A DNA stretch of 61,708 bases, counting the filler, from Sphacelaria rigidula (lineage: Eukaryota), in NCBI GenBank assembly GCA_964200075.2. It is 9 parts of 9 records of this genome, joined end to end, with 100 filler letters (N's around TTAATTAATTAA, not from the genome) between each part and the next. Parts side by side here need not be neighbours in the genome. Positions count along the whole stretch, not along the records: positions 54,942 to 61,708 come from CAXNAA020018182.1; 8 more parts are not named here. One strand, 5' to 3'. The notes beneath the pieces are model-generated. The model was not told the origin of the DNA. It did no database searches and saw only the letters and a list, made by a program, of their open reading frames with translations. The position numbers and the translations under genes were made by a program. This document shows, one piece after another, positions 59,013 to 61,708 of this stretch. Position 1 is the stretch's first letter. Every line of letters begins with the position of its first letter.

Positions 59013-60027
59013 TTTGTACCAGGACATCAAGTCATTGGTATTGGAAGGCAGCAAGCAGAGCGACTCGAATCACGTCAGGAGCGCAACTGGCAAGCTGTTG
59101 GGGGACATGAGGACTATCCTGCAACGATGGAATGAACGGTTCAAAACATTGCTGAACGCAAGCTCGCCTGCGATCGATGACTCTATCATCGATCTCATCG
59201 GAAAGATGTTGGAGCACGCACCGCTCTCGGCGGAGCCGTCGATGGCAGAAACAACGGGAGCGATGGGCAAGCTGGCGAACGGCAAGCCCATTGGGGCGTG
59301 CAACAACTGTGGCGAACCATTGAATGTCGGCCGCACCGGAGACTCTGCCGTCCTGAAGTTCCTCTTAGACATCGTGCTCAGCGAGAAGCCTGTTTTATGA
59401 ATGCTAGACACCCCCGCAGATAGGTGCCAAAAAAGATTGATAACGCCAACTGGCAGTACCCTCGATCCCTGCCAGCCGACGAACAACCATGCCAGATTTC
59501 GAGCACGGACACCTCTTCTGTATCCATATTTTCGGTGTCCCCCCCAGGCTTTGAATGTGCATACACGCTCCACTCGTGACTGCTGTAAACTCTCTTTTGC
59601 TTCCTCGAATAACGTGTGTATGTTTCAAGATCCCACAGCACATTCCAATGGGAGTCCTCCCCAGGTTGCTTGTGCCCCCCAACCGATGCTCGTCCTACGG
59701 CAGGAAACGCTCCCCTCGCATTCCAGCTTTTCCTAATCACGTGTAGGTGAGCAGCATCTGAACTACGTCTCCCTTCTTTCTGTACTACATTAGACGATGC
59801 TCCTCTTGCTGAAAGTCGAGTAGACCTACCGATACGCCATTCATGGTGCATCCCGAGGCAAATCTCGCTTACAAGAAAATTATACCACTAAAACGTGAAC
59901 CGCTTATGGTTGTGGAGCCCGCCCGCTGTCACCATCGTGATTCTCGCCGCGTTCTGTTTGTTTCAACATCACTCTCCGCCTCATCAGTTCACCGTTGATG
60001 ATACGCAATTCGCCAACACTCAAAGAA

Positions 60028-60110
60028 GAGGGGGGCATGCTCATTCATTTCTTGCGTAAGTCGATTGACCATTGGCCACGCATCCCTTCTGAGACAGAGC
60101 ACCCATGGGG
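60028..60110 (-). repeat. Family PG element, diverged
   Basis: GGGGGGCATGCTCATTC...TTGACCATTGGCCACGCATCCCTTCTGAGACAGAGCACCCATGGGG. Confidence 0.8.
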
Positions 60111-60379
60111 AAGGGGACGGGACAAGTAGAGCTGAATGTCCCCGTTAGGTTTGATTTGTCATCACGCGACAGCCGTGCTTACTTCTCCCATTGCCCCTCT
60201 CGGGTGCCTCATCGACGGGAATGCGAGGTTGCCCCCCGTTCCATACGTTGTTGGTTTTGGCAGAGAACCGACCCGTGGTTGTTGCCCCATAGCATGTGTA
60301 GATTTTGCCCCATAGCACGTGTAGATGTTGCCTCATAGCATGCGGACCTCCAGGCTCGGTGGAGTTTTGATGCCGAAAA

Positions 60380-60822
60380 AACAGCCGGTCATCGAAATTA
60401 TGGGTGGAGGGTTTTATTGAGGAGGAGGACCCGGAGGATTAAACATTTCGTATCCACGCCGAAACTTCGGAATATGGTTCCATTCCTTTAGCTATTGGCA
60501 GGTATTGACAACTGCGACACGCCCTACACATTTGGATCTCGATATCCGAAATACTGGGTGTTCTACGTGGAAACTAATTTCGGAGAATTTCGGCGATCCG
60601 ATTGGACCCCTGAATCCCTCGAAATTTTTTCTTTCTGTACGACCCCAGCATTTCGCTTATCGATATCCAGATTTGTGGGGCGTGTAGCAGTTGCCAATAG
60701 CTACCAGCAGGTGAAGGAAAAGAACCATATATCGGAGATTTGGTGAGGACACGAAAATGTTTATCCTCCGGGTTTTCATCCTCAAGCAAAAGCTCCATCC
60801 TCAATTCCGATGGTCGGCTATT
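60380..60822. mobile_element. Foldback MITE, AAYAGCCG termini
   Basis: AACAGCCGGTCATCG...CGATGGTCGGCTATT; arms homologous to the 48829 and 56628 elements. Confidence 0.85.
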
Positions 60823-61571
60823 AAATGCGGAGACATCTCTTCGAGCGTGGCTGCATGCATATGATGGGTTTTGAAATCAAGCGCCAAATATAATCACTTG
60901 GGAACAGACTGAAATGAACCTGAAAGATAAAGTGTACGATGTACCGTCTCGAAAATCAAGAAAAATGATGCTTGTGTTAGCTAGAGCTGCTGACAGGTTC
61001 GTAGATGTCGCGGTTGTTACAGTCGTCTTTGATCGTCAAATGATCTATCTCACTGGAAACTGAATTGACGCAAGTTATTCGTCCACCATATTTCAGACAG
61101 GTTTGGAAATGTCTTTCTTCTTCTAGTGCGGCCATTGGTCCAGCACGTTGGTGCTGGTTAAAGGATGCTGTGACAAGGAAACACAACAAGCACGTAAACA
61201 TCAACCCCGAAACAAGTACTCAGTGGCACTCGCGAAATATGTGCAGCAGTCAGCTGCATCGGACATCCAAATCCACCACGTGACCTCCCTATTTCGAAGC
61301 AAACTGGACCAAGTGTGAAGCATCGTCCGTGTCTCGACTCCTTACTTGTTAGCAAGCTGCGGCGAACGTTTGCTTCACCGGATCAGCAGACAGGTTGAAC
61401 GCTATCGTTGTTTATGGAGTGGTCATTGATATTTTGGCGGGGAACCTCAGTTGAAATCCAATATGGGCGATCAATATTTTTTCTCGCCTATACTGCACAC
61501 AGTTTCGAGGATGTATTGCCAAGTGCATCACATCTCCATTTTACATTTCCTGAAGCATCTTCGAAATATAA

Positions 61572-61625
61572 CAGGAGTTTCGTGAGATTGAGAGTCTACG
61601 ATACAGTTGAGAGTAGGCTTTTCAT
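61572..61625. mobile_element. Left end of a CAG..TTTCGTGAGATTGAGAGT-TIR element
   Basis: caggagtttcgtgagattgagagtctacgatacagttgagagt matches the TIR family at 13755 and 58725. Confidence 0.55.
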
Positions 61626-61708
61626 GGCTTCCAGCGGCCGGTTGTGCCTGCATCATTAATGGGCAAAACGCTTACCTCGCACATTGGTGCAAAATCCTGC
61701 CGGCAAAC

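Larger units (their letters stand above)
55740..59385 (+). mobile_element. RTE-clade LINE remnant (5' UTR, APE endonuclease, start of RT), 3'-truncated and interrupted by MITEs
   Basis: LVVAT*.V, MDAHARTG, LAEYGRDTQDDN...ITNTFF, RLD..L, SDHRLV (APE); LQRWNERFKTLLN and AMGKLANGK..G (RT domain 0). The 5' boundary is approximate. Confidence 0.85.

Noticed and set aside
1..61708. CRISPR array, rRNA, prokaryotic operon or viral gene cluster
   Set aside because: No regularly spaced direct repeats, rRNA motifs or dense intronless genes; most ORF-track entries use non-ATG starts and fall in introns or repeats.

Overview
This window is not contiguous DNA. It is nine unrelated contigs (5 x 6768 bp, then 4 x 6767 bp, i.e. 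length-sorted) joined by identical 100-nt linkers (N44-TTAATTAATTAA-N44). The content is eukaryotic, intron-rich and repeat-rich, most consistent with a brown alga or other photosynthetic stramenopile (inference). Host genes reconstructed from GT-AG exons: a mitochondrial carrier of OAC1/SLC25A34-35 type (2 exons); an apparently complete LIV-1/ZIP7-type zinc transporter placed head-to-head, 250 bp apart, with a second ZIP transporter carrying a plastid-type leader; a 7-exon uncharacterised gene resembling a 2-TM + RCK channel; exon 1 of WDR82/Swd2; the last exon of an SLT/SLC13 sulfate-type transporter; and the last three exons of serine palmitoyltransferase LCB2. Mobile DNA includes an internally deleted Ty3/Gypsy element with intact LTRs and a 4-bp TSD, a decayed RTE LINE with nested MITEs, many foldback MITEs, two tRNA-derived SINE heads, Helitron-like ends and LINE 3' tails. 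A ~75-bp, potentially structured element attached to poly(G)/poly(C) runs occurs about 12 times. I found no prokaryotic system, CRISPR array or rRNA. The best novelty candidates are the divergent ZIP pair, the RCK-like channel gene, the poly(G)-associated element and an AA..TT-terminated MITE family with 4-bp TSDs. All calls are by eye and none was database-checked.
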